The notes under the pieces: generated by a model
Databases searched by the model: none
Seen by the model: the letters and a program-made list of their open reading frames with translations, nothing else
What the model was told of the DNA's origin: nothing
Origin: a virus
Direction: 5' to 3' (one strand)
IMG/VR virus record: IMGVR_UViG_3300034691_000049
Span: 8,810 to 72,809 of that record
Length of the DNA: 64,000 nt
In this document: piece after piece, positions 20,901-28,810 of the stretch
How the letters are laid out: each line of letters begins with the position of its first letter
Position numbering within the stretch: the first letter of the stretch is position 1
Made by a program: the position numbers and the translations under genes

Positions 20901-23900
20901 TGAATCCGTGGTTGCCTCGCAACTCGGTGGCCGTATCGTTCAAGCGATGGGTCTGCGTGTCACTCAGCAAGGCACTGCCGCTGAACTGAGCAAGCTGGAA
21001 GCTTCTATCGGTACGCGAGCAATCGCTGCCATGGAGAAGCTGGGCATCGTTGAGCGCGTACAGCTCTCGGACGTGAAACTCCAAGCGCTGATGGACTCCA
21101 ATGAAAAAGGCGATCCACGCGTCAAGCACACCTTCGTCCGGGTTAAATCGGAAGAGGTGAACGGTAAGCGTGAAGCCAGCCCAATCACCAAGCGTATCCG
21201 CGAGCGCAACGTCGGCTCACAGTCCGTGGTGAACAAGCTGATGTCGGTGCAAGCTGCTGGCATTGAGCCGAGCTACACCCCGATCAAATTCGACCAGGCA
21301 TTCGCCAAACGCACCGGACAAGAAGTGCCTAAAGGCCTGGCCACGATCCTGAATAAAGAAGGCGCCAAACCCCACGTCGTTCGTCAGAACATGTGGCACG
21401 TCTGGGGCAAGTTGAGCAAGCAGGCGTTGTACGAGATGGGCGGCGTGGTCTCCACGACTGACAACCCTACTCACGTTGAGAACCTGGATTCCCGCCGTGC
21501 AAAGAATGACGGTCTGATTCAGCAAGTCGATAACCTCGACACCTTCATCAACGCAATGTCGGCCGATCCAAGCACCAACGGCCTGGAACAGGAAATGTTC
21601 TTCGGGCGCTCGGTCTGGAAGCCTCAACGTGTTGGTTTGACCGCAAACGTGGTGAACCCGCAGACTTCGAAGATCCACCGTCACATGCTGGCCATGAAAA
21701 GCTGGAATGCGTCCATTGACTTAGCTGATGCTGCGTCGATGAACAACTTCAAGCTGCGTGTGCTGGAAGCGTTCGGCAAGAAGACCGAAGCGACCAATAC
21801 CCCTGTTGTTCTGGCTGGCTACGATGCTGTTGTGTCGAACCCGGCAATTCAAGCAGGTGTTGACGCTTTGGTTGATGTGCTGCGCGATACTGGTGAAACC
21901 AATGAAAATGCAATCGTTGCTGCGGTAAAAGCTGGCGGCGAGAACTTCCATTCGTTCGACGCATTGGTAGCCCTGGCTGAGCAGCGCATTGCTGAACAAG
22001 ACGGTAAGCCTGCGTTCGAAACCAGCATGATGGGTGAAGTCGATGGTGTGACCAACGGTCCTATGCTGTCCCTGCTGATGCTGGGCGCAAAAGGCTTTGA
22101 AACCATGAACCAAGGTGGGTTCTTCCAACTGGATAGCCCGTTCACTCAGTTCAATGACTTCCACGGAGTTGATGGCAACCTCGACCTCTATGAGTCGAAC
22201 ATTGCTGGCGCTTTGAACCGTCTGCAAGGCCGTAACGTCAACATGCTGCAAGCAATGCAGACCATCACCGGTCAACTGCAAACTGCCGAAGGCAACGTGA
22301 CCTCTAAAGGCCGTAACATCATCAAGAAGCCGCTGACTGCGTTGATGTTCGGGTCCAACCCGAAAACTGCGGTAGAAGGCATGGCTGACGGCTTCGTTGA
22401 AGCGATCTACAGCCGTATCGAAGATGCTGCTGCAAAGCGTGATGATGCTGCCATTACTGAGCTGTTCACCGCGGTCAATACCTTGCTTCGTTCGCCAAAG
22501 GCTGCACTGGATGCGAAGATGGGTTATGCCCGGGCACTTGAGACCAAACTGAATGATCAGCAAAAAGCGGCCCTGAAGAAGTCGTTCTATGAGCTGCTGG
22601 GCAAGCCGACTGAAGATGCACTGGCTGACAACTACGCGACCTTCATTGCTCGCCGTAACGTGATCAACCAGACCGCACAACTCTCGTTTGACCTGTTCAA
22701 CGCAGTGCGTGACGGTGTAACCGAGTTCGTTGAGCAGTCGAGCCCTGAAGTTGCACGTAACAATAGTGGTGAGGCGATTCGCACCTTGACCAAAGAGCAA
22801 CTGGCACAAGTCCAGGAGCTGATGGGCGATATGGCGCCAATCCTGCAAACTGCTATGTCTCAGGCGGCAAAGCAACGCGAAGCTGGCATGTACATGGCGA
22901 AGTCGCAGCGTAAGCTGGATTCCTCGCTGCCGTACGAGCAAGAAGTCGCATTCGGTGAATTGGTTAACACCATCGCACCGGACGGCCAAATGCAGGGCAT
23001 CGGTTCGTCTCGTGTCTCGTCTTCGCGTACCGAAGACATTGACCCGGGCGTAATGCCGTTCATTACCTCGATTCACTCCAGCGACTCCAACATATCGCAC
23101 ACTGCTATTGGTGATAATGATGTGTTGAACGTGCACGATGCTCACGGCGTTGGTTTGAATGACATCGCCACAGCGGGCCAGCGGCTGAACAAAGCCACCT
23201 TTGATACCCTGCTGAACTACTCCTCGCCGACGGCTATGGCCAACATGCTGGATGAAGTGCTGGCCGGTGTGTCCAAAGTGATGCAGAACCCGGAACTGGC
23301 AGCACTGATTCAGCCAAAGCTGCGCGAGAAGATGATTCAGCGCACTGAGAAGAAGCGCGGCGGCATTGCTGAGCAACTGACCGCTATCCGTGAAACTGCC
23401 AAGCAGGCAGACACTGACAAGCTGAAAATGATGGCCGAGTTGAAGGCTATTGGTCAGTACGCCACAGAAGGTGGTTCGTACCTGGTGAATGACGCAGACC
23501 GTGAAGCTGCATCCAAGAAATTGGGTGAAGTGGGAAGTTCGTTCAACGAAGCTGCTGAATCGGTTGCTGAAATGCTGGACGTTGCCGCTGCTGTCGATCC
23601 TGCTGTGTATCAGCCAGGTCAAACAGCCGTGCTGTCCAACACCTCGGTTACCACACTGGCGCCGGCCACTTCCCTCAATACTCTGGCTTCGCTTGAGCAA
23701 ACTGAGGCGGTGGCCAAGGTCATTGATTCCATGGTTTCGGGTAACCGGACTTTGGCTGATGCTGTGCAGGTTCTGCCTGAGCATCAAGCTGCCGAAGTGA
23801 TCAACGCTGTCAATGGTGCATCTGAAGCGAAACTGTCGGTATGGGGCCAACTGGGCTCGCCGGTAGTGCAATCTGACGTGAATCTGGTGGAACTGCTGGA

Positions 23901-26900
23901 AGGTAACAACCTGACCGCACACAACCTGATCGACTCGATGGTTGCCTACGTACAAGACCCGTTCCAACGCACTGTGTTGCAGATGGCCAAGAAAGGTATC
24001 CCGGCCAACCTGCCAGTGAACTATGTCACCTCCGAGACCGGCCCTGAAGGCGCGTTCGGTGAAGGCGTGGATAAATCCCGTGGTTGGTATGCACAGCGTA
24101 ACAACACCGAAGCTTTGTTCGTGAAGTCGCCTGAATTCGTTGAATCGGGTATCACCCCGGAAATGCTGACCCACGAACTGGTTCATGCTGCCCTGGCGAA
24201 CCTCGTTGATGCCCATGAAGGTAAGAACACTGCCGTCGGCCGTGCTGTTGCTGATCTGGAGGCCATCCGCACCAAAGCTGCCGAGTTCATCGACAACAAC
24301 GGCGCACTGTCGGCCCAGTTCCGCAATGCCACTGCAAACGTGCATGAACTGCTGGCATGGGGCCTGACCAACAAGGCATTCCAACGTGACGTGCTGTCGC
24401 AGATTCAAGTTGAGCAGAAAAACGCCGGCTTGCTGTCTGGCCTGCGCAAGTTCATCAACAGCTTGACCACCATGCTGTTCGGCACCAATAAAGTGTCGGA
24501 AAACAATGGTATGGCCAACCTAGTGGCGAATGCTGCTGGCCTGTTCCAGGAAGCGGCCGCTGTACGCGACTCCCGCTCGGCAAGCACCCACAAGTACGAA
24601 GATGCTGTGGATCACATCAATGCCATGACTGCTGAGCAAGTGTTTGATGCACTGGCTTCGGTGTCGGGCACCCAAACTGACCCACGCCACACTGAGTACC
24701 TGAAGAACCTGCTGAACGAGACAGTTGACCCGATCTACGGCCCTTACGGTGCATTCAAAGAACAAGCAGCGGCTAACCGTGCATTCACCCCAATGGATGT
24801 ATTCCTGAAGGCTGTACAGACCGGCAAACTGCCATTCAGCTCGGAAGCGACCACCAATGCATTCATCCTGTCGCAACAGGAAGCGTTTGTACTGGAATCG
24901 GTTCAAGCTACTGTGGCTTTCGCCATGGACCAAAAGGAAACCTTGTTTGCACGCCAAGGGCTGGAAAACCTGTTCAAGGAAGCGCGAGCTACCCTGAAAC
25001 CGGCCAACTTCCACAAAGGTGTCTGGGCTACCGCAAGCCAGAATGAAAAGGATATCGCCCAAGCGAAGTTCGACTTCATCTTCCGTCCACAGGCTGCAAT
25101 CACCAGCAAAAACGCATACCTGTCGCGCTTTGCTGCACTGGGCCTGGCATCGGCTGAAGTCCGCAACGTAATGGCGTTCTCGACTGCGAACTTGGACGTT
25201 CCGTTGAAAAGCCTGCCATGGGCAAGCCGCCTGACTGAAATCTTCCGTCGGATCATGACTCGCCTGTCTTCGCTGGCGACTAAGACCACCCCGGGCCAAG
25301 CTGGCAACCAAGCGCTGAGCGCCCTGGTAGAGCAGATGGTGGACATCGAAGCCAAGCGTAAAGCTCGCTTCGGCCAAGACAAACTGGGATCCCTCGACCA
25401 AATCGAGACTGTCCTGTCGGCTGCCGGTGAAAAGGTTCGCGAGAAGGCGGATGCCTTCGGCCAATCGAAGTTCTTCCGTCAATCCCGTATCCCGGGTGTC
25501 CCATTCGTGGGTGCGGCGATCTCGACTGTTGCAGGCGACCGTCTGGATGCAGTACTGGACCGGATCACTGTGACCCGAGACCATTACTTCAAAACCCGTC
25601 AGGGCCTGATGATCGGTATCGTGAGCGAGTGGCGTGGTGTCTACGACTCCCGCCGTCTGGCTGCCGAACTGTTCAAAGGGGCCAAGGCCATCGAGCAAGA
25701 ACGCAAGGCTGTGATTGAAAACACTGCCAGCGCGGTCAACGGTGCCTTCGTAAACCAAGGCCAGGATCTGACCCAGGACCAGCGTGATGCGCTGACCAAA
25801 GTCTTCCTGCGTACCAACGCCCAAGCAATTGCTGCGGTGAAAGGTGTGTCGGGCCTGCGTGACCTGATGGAAGATCCGGCTCAGATGGCAGCGTACCGCG
25901 CCGATCTGGAAGCCCAGGTCAAAGCCATCACCGGCAACTCGCAGTACATGATCAGCCAGGCCAAAGACTTGGCTCACCACAAGGTAATTGGTGGCGCGAC
26001 CTCGGCCAACCTGATGCTGTCCACCGGCAACATTGCGGCGATGTACGGCACCAAAAAGGCTGGGCAGGATGCTCATCTTGTTGCTGGTTTGACGCCGTTG
26101 CTGGAGCAGTTGGTGGGTGTCTATGGCCTGCAATATTCGGGTGACGTGGATGTCAACAATGCCAAGCAGGTACTGCGCACCGAGATGAACCGTCAAGACG
26201 GTGGCAACGGTGTGGAATACATGCTGAAGCTGCACACAGGCCTCCAGGAGAAAGCCCGGAAGGATCTGTTCGCCGGTACTGAAGCACTACAACAAACCGG
26301 TTACGTTGCCGAGATTCACGACAACAAGATCGAAGTGTTGCTGGTCTCTCAGGCAGACGTGGCAGCTCACCTGCGGGCCGGTTACGAGGTAGGCACCCGT
26401 CTGCAAATGGACCCTAACGTCAAGGCACTGCAAGGCGGTTCCCGTGTCCTGATGACCCGTCGAGGCTCTGGCCAGAACGCATTGCTGACTGGCGCCCTGT
26501 CGTTTACCGGGATGAACTCGAAAGGTTCCAGCCCGATCACCGAAGCGCTGAACATGATGCAAGGTACGCAGACCACGTCTGCCGCCGTGCGCCAGCAGAT
26601 TGCGGCGGCCAAAGCCGGTGCGATTACCGACTTGTTCAACCGTGGCCCAAATTACGACCCACGGAATGCACAATCTGGGCACATGGCCCCCACCCTGGCA
26701 CCTGACGGCCGCATAGCTGACTACCGTCACCTGATGGTCGAACACAACCGCGATGTCCTACTGGACCGCGATAATTCGATGGATCAGGTGATGGGAGTCA
26801 TGGCCGGTCAGATTACTGACAAGGTGTCGTCTGCTTCGCAGAATGCTGATGTGGTTCGGTCGATGTACGACCAGTATCGTGCTGATTACACCTCGCGGCC

Positions 26901-28074
26901 GGCTTCGTACCTGCGCGTGGCTGCTGATAGCAATGATGCAACCTTGGCTGAGGCATATCGCCTGCTGCCGGAGAGCACCAAGAAAGAAATCAAGAAAGTC
27001 TGGAAAGAAGAGGCGATGTACGTCCCTGCTGACCAAATCGACCTGATTTTTGGCTATCGGAAATTTAGCCTGACCAACGCATTCGCTGCGCTACCGACTG
27101 ACCGTAACTTGTTCGAAAAGACCCTTGTTGGGATCACTTCGGCCATGTTCGGTGAGAAAGCTGCACTGCGGGTTGGTCAAGCTGAAGACATCATCCAGGC
27201 GCTGGTCAAAGAGATGAAAGACATCCTCGTTGTGAAGAACGTGCTGACCTTGGCAGGCAACATCATGTCCAACATGACTTTGCTGGCTTGGGAAGGTGTT
27301 CCACTGCAAAAGGCTGTCGCTTCGCACGCAATCGCAATCAAAAGTGCTCTCGATTACCGTAAGGATTCGAAACGCTTGATGCAGTTGCAGCAATCGGTTG
27401 ATATCGGTTATTACGCCGACGTTGCCGGTGCTGAAGCTGAAATGGTTGAGTTGCGGGATCGTTTGGCGCGTAACCCGATCAAACCGCTGATTGATGCCGG
27501 CCTTATGCCGACAATCGTAGAAGACGTTGAAGTTGACGATGATCGTTACACCTACAAGGCTCAACTGGAGCGTAAGGTAGAACGGTTCACTTCTAAGGTG
27601 CCAGCATGGATGCGTACTGTCGGTCGTCAGGTCTACATGACTCACGATACCGCCACGTACAAATTCTTGAGCCAATCTACTCAATTGTCTGACTTGGTTG
27701 CACGTTATGCGCTCTTTGAGCACGCAACTACTCGCAAGAAAGATCCTTTGAGCAAAGCTGACGCATTGCGTCTGGCTGAGGACAGTTTCGTAAACTACGA
27801 CCTGCCTTCGCACCGTACCCTGCAATATCTGAACGATATGGGTATTGTGATGTTCACCAAGTATTACTTGCGAATCCAGAAGGTGATTATGCGCTTGGTG
27901 CGGGAACGCCCAGCACGCGGGCTGATCTTGGCCACACTGGAACATTTCATCTCTGGTTTGCAGTCTGTGATGGATTCTAGCTGGGTTGACAAGATCGGTA
28001 ACAATCCACTGCAAGACAGCGCACTTGGTTACCTGGGTTCGTTGAAGGAGTTGCCTGCAATCAAACTTTTGTAA
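17926..28074 (+). CDS. virion-encapsidated RNA polymerase (N4 gp50-like), 3382 aa
   Basis: Size; motif A EVDGVTNG, motif B RNIIKKPLTALMFGS, motif C VHDA; no Cys seen. Confidence 0.95.
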   Translation: MANGDENNGFDQLFPAGLPAAKTGGFRPLFDLSAKADQVAAASVEKKQALVNKLGYDVEDTVGAAINFGASFVSGASRLAGNLTTLPIDAISGLAQGSVPEEQVQAYNRLQTGQASDADRALLDQTAPLDDGVPQTYLQRLQGTQGLQEVAQNVDDFFNIDSIVDQTNRERLSRDLKENTGDGVNRLRYAAEAFKIGHYKDALTEGFGGLDSTLSEALKTAASSPVATAEYVVENIPQLLAAAYSAPVMAASNAGYGYDAYREGVRQYFDQNNGQLPNANERAKMGLFAASAALAEQVGDASMLRGFRAAGTGTSSKAMAAAAGIVGAMTREGVTEGYQTYAESKAKLEDASLEEIVEGATIGALVGGNFHGAVELGHLGGPKQDPAARAASTEAFTNAVESGDVSSLADATSPTYNPVRAVEALHQLNLTPGADVDANLAKADEIQQNVTADVSSIQARLDNTSPEAVARIGAIVDQLEAAGADQAQIAEMRDIHEAVSSYTPAQRKADQARLTELESQLGQIYSASERLRVDSSPEQAEVEAIATQAQTGDTQAADRLLTLTMINPDSVDTQIAESLAQSEALSEPQRTAMRLFSEAQVATNALKGLTGVRSDIATGGDGFKGISQYRNAIRMALANGNEDAARSQVDGIRAFADSRVSKLNAITTAFKQVKGTDNSINIVRNEQGEWGPTDLKGSALKKAGGLVVDARSFKLRDGVAAEADALTKTAAAMEALVNAAPSPVSAPVVQPTAAVQGEVTPATPEVAATPTVDPAPVAPVADKAPTSAVTEEAAVTPEEAPKAAESAPANVGQLTVIGERTGAAVTADNYRSVNLVSELFEQQAGNETDASVRPLVAVKDFASAIRAGEVQAKDFIDQKGDLTGPQTQALNAFFNFAQFSAQAIRNQFKVTESRAKRPDFFYRDMAQFLQNADGQIDENVATAVSFGMFSWANENATQLRNSDEAINAILLNELDSEISSAAYKELSLIGTRESVVASQLGGRIVQAMGLRVTQQGTAAELSKLEASIGTRAIAAMEKLGIVERVQLSDVKLQALMDSNEKGDPRVKHTFVRVKSEEVNGKREASPITKRIRERNVGSQSVVNKLMSVQAAGIEPSYTPIKFDQAFAKRTGQEVPKGLATILNKEGAKPHVVRQNMWHVWGKLSKQALYEMGGVVSTTDNPTHVENLDSRRAKNDGLIQQVDNLDTFINAMSADPSTNGLEQEMFFGRSVWKPQRVGLTANVVNPQTSKIHRHMLAMKSWNASIDLADAASMNNFKLRVLEAFGKKTEATNTPVVLAGYDAVVSNPAIQAGVDALVDVLRDTGETNENAIVAAVKAGGENFHSFDALVALAEQRIAEQDGKPAFETSMMGEVDGVTNGPMLSLLMLGAKGFETMNQGGFFQLDSPFTQFNDFHGVDGNLDLYESNIAGALNRLQGRNVNMLQAMQTITGQLQTAEGNVTSKGRNIIKKPLTALMFGSNPKTAVEGMADGFVEAIYSRIEDAAAKRDDAAITELFTAVNTLLRSPKAALDAKMGYARALETKLNDQQKAALKKSFYELLGKPTEDALADNYATFIARRNVINQTAQLSFDLFNAVRDGVTEFVEQSSPEVARNNSGEAIRTLTKEQLAQVQELMGDMAPILQTAMSQAAKQREAGMYMAKSQRKLDSSLPYEQEVAFGELVNTIAPDGQMQGIGSSRVSSSRTEDIDPGVMPFITSIHSSDSNISHTAIGDNDVLNVHDAHGVGLNDIATAGQRLNKATFDTLLNYSSPTAMANMLDEVLAGVSKVMQNPELAALIQPKLREKMIQRTEKKRGGIAEQLTAIRETAKQADTDKLKMMAELKAIGQYATEGGSYLVNDADREAASKKLGEVGSSFNEAAESVAEMLDVAAAVDPAVYQPGQTAVLSNTSVTTLAPATSLNTLASLEQTEAVAKVIDSMVSGNRTLADAVQVLPEHQAAEVINAVNGASEAKLSVWGQLGSPVVQSDVNLVELLEGNNLTAHNLIDSMVAYVQDPFQRTVLQMAKKGIPANLPVNYVTSETGPEGAFGEGVDKSRGWYAQRNNTEALFVKSPEFVESGITPEMLTHELVHAALANLVDAHEGKNTAVGRAVADLEAIRTKAAEFIDNNGALSAQFRNATANVHELLAWGLTNKAFQRDVLSQIQVEQKNAGLLSGLRKFINSLTTMLFGTNKVSENNGMANLVANAAGLFQEAAAVRDSRSASTHKYEDAVDHINAMTAEQVFDALASVSGTQTDPRHTEYLKNLLNETVDPIYGPYGAFKEQAAANRAFTPMDVFLKAVQTGKLPFSSEATTNAFILSQQEAFVLESVQATVAFAMDQKETLFARQGLENLFKEARATLKPANFHKGVWATASQNEKDIAQAKFDFIFRPQAAITSKNAYLSRFAALGLASAEVRNVMAFSTANLDVPLKSLPWASRLTEIFRRIMTRLSSLATKTTPGQAGNQALSALVEQMVDIEAKRKARFGQDKLGSLDQIETVLSAAGEKVREKADAFGQSKFFRQSRIPGVPFVGAAISTVAGDRLDAVLDRITVTRDHYFKTRQGLMIGIVSEWRGVYDSRRLAAELFKGAKAIEQERKAVIENTASAVNGAFVNQGQDLTQDQRDALTKVFLRTNAQAIAAVKGVSGLRDLMEDPAQMAAYRADLEAQVKAITGNSQYMISQAKDLAHHKVIGGATSANLMLSTGNIAAMYGTKKAGQDAHLVAGLTPLLEQLVGVYGLQYSGDVDVNNAKQVLRTEMNRQDGGNGVEYMLKLHTGLQEKARKDLFAGTEALQQTGYVAEIHDNKIEVLLVSQADVAAHLRAGYEVGTRLQMDPNVKALQGGSRVLMTRRGSGQNALLTGALSFTGMNSKGSSPITEALNMMQGTQTTSAAVRQQIAAAKAGAITDLFNRGPNYDPRNAQSGHMAPTLAPDGRIADYRHLMVEHNRDVLLDRDNSMDQVMGVMAGQITDKVSSASQNADVVRSMYDQYRADYTSRPASYLRVAADSNDATLAEAYRLLPESTKKEIKKVWKEEAMYVPADQIDLIFGYRKFSLTNAFAALPTDRNLFEKTLVGITSAMFGEKAALRVGQAEDIIQALVKEMKDILVVKNVLTLAGNIMSNMTLLAWEGVPLQKAVASHAIAIKSALDYRKDSKRLMQLQQSVDIGYYADVAGAEAEMVELRDRLARNPIKPLIDAGLMPTIVEDVEVDDDRYTYKAQLERKVERFTSKVPAWMRTVGRQVYMTHDTATYKFLSQSTQLSDLVARYALFEHATTRKKDPLSKADALRLAEDSFVNYDLPSHRTLQYLNDMGIVMFTKYYLRIQKVIMRLVRERPARGLILATLEHFISGLQSVMDSSWVDKIGNNPLQDSALGYLGSLKELPAIKLL

Positions 28075-28079
28075 ATAGA

Positions 28080-28153
28080 TGGAACGCGGGGGGAGACGAA
28101 CCCCCGTTCTCTCGCTTGTTAGCAAGGTGTCCTACCATTAGACGACGCATCCC
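28080..28153 (-). tRNA. atypical tRNA-like gene (possible AAC anticodon; 8-bp acceptor; may be a pseudo-tRNA)
   Basis: GGGATGCG/CGCGTTCC-A acceptor, GTCT-AATGGTA-GGAC D arm, GGGGG-TTCGTCT-CCCCC T arm; irregular anticodon arm. Confidence 0.6.
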
Positions 28154-28161
28154 ATAACTGA

Positions 28162-28232
28162 TGGAGGTGGCAGGAATCGAACCTGCGTCAAACGCTTAGA
28201 AGGCGCCTGCTCTACCATTGAGCTACACCCCC
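28162..28232 (-). tRNA. tRNA with TCT (Arg) anticodon and an Ala-like acceptor stem
   Basis: Full cloverleaf GGGGGTG TA GCTC AATGGTA GAGC A GGCGC CTTCTAA GCGTT TGAC GCAGG TTCGATT CCTGC CACCTCC A; CCA not encoded. Confidence 0.9.
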
Positions 28233-28234
28233 AC

Positions 28235-28262
28235 AAAAAACCCCCTACTTTGGGGGTTTTTT
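28235..28262. terminator. bidirectional terminator-like hairpin
   Basis: AAAAAA-CCCCC-TACTTT-GGGGG-TTTTTT. Confidence 0.7.
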
Positions 28263-28454
28263 ATTGCATGACTGCCAGAACTCTTTGATTCCGGCCCAAA
28301 CCAGCACACCAATGAAGAAGATCACGCATAAGACGGCTAACAAGAAGCCAATGATCTTAATTGCGTAACCAAACACAATGAATGACGTGATTAGGGCAAG
28401 CAGCGCGCCAATGCTGAAGCAAATCTTCAACAGGCGCAGACCTGCCCGGATCAA
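28245..28454 (-). CDS. small membrane protein (2 TM)
   Basis: 69 aa with two long hydrophobic segments; TTG start overlapping the upstream stop. Confidence 0.65.
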   Translation of the reverse strand: MIRAGLRLLKICFSIGALLALITSFIVFGYAIKIIGFLLAVLCVIFFIGVLVWAGIKEFWQSCNKKPPK

Positions 28455-28789
28455 TGCTTAGTCGGGCCAATTACAACAACCCGGCCAATAGCCGCACCAT
28501 TGATGTACATGATGCCATCGTCGCTGATGGTGAAGCCCTGGGGCAGTTTAGAGCCAGATTTCTTTCCCGGTTCAGCTTTTTCAGGCTCAGCAGGGGTTTC
28601 GGCAGGTTCGGTGTTATACCTGCCGGACGGCACATCGCTCTTGACGCTACTGAACAGCTCAGCGGCGGCAACAGCCAATGTCTTCGATTCATTGTGCTGG
28701 TTGATGTCGTAGAGGTCTTTTGCTGCACTCGCGAGCAAACTGGCTGCTTGTGCCGCTGCAAGCAGATCACGGTTACATTGTTCACACAT
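28451..28789 (-). CDS. hypothetical protein (MCEQCNRDLL..., 112 aa)
   Basis: AAGGA RBS before ATG at 28789. Confidence 0.7.
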   Translation of the reverse strand: MCEQCNRDLLAAAQAASLLASAAKDLYDINQHNESKTLAVAAAELFSSVKSDVPSGRYNTEPAETPAEPEKAEPGKKSGSKLPQGFTISDDGIMYINGAAIGRVVVIGPTKH

Positions 28790-28810
28790 AATGCATTCCT
28801 TCTGTTGGTG

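Noticed and set aside
17773-28125. Long antisense ORFs (598, 895, 571, 344 aa) within the vRNAP gene
   Set aside because: Mirror-frame artefacts of the long sense gene
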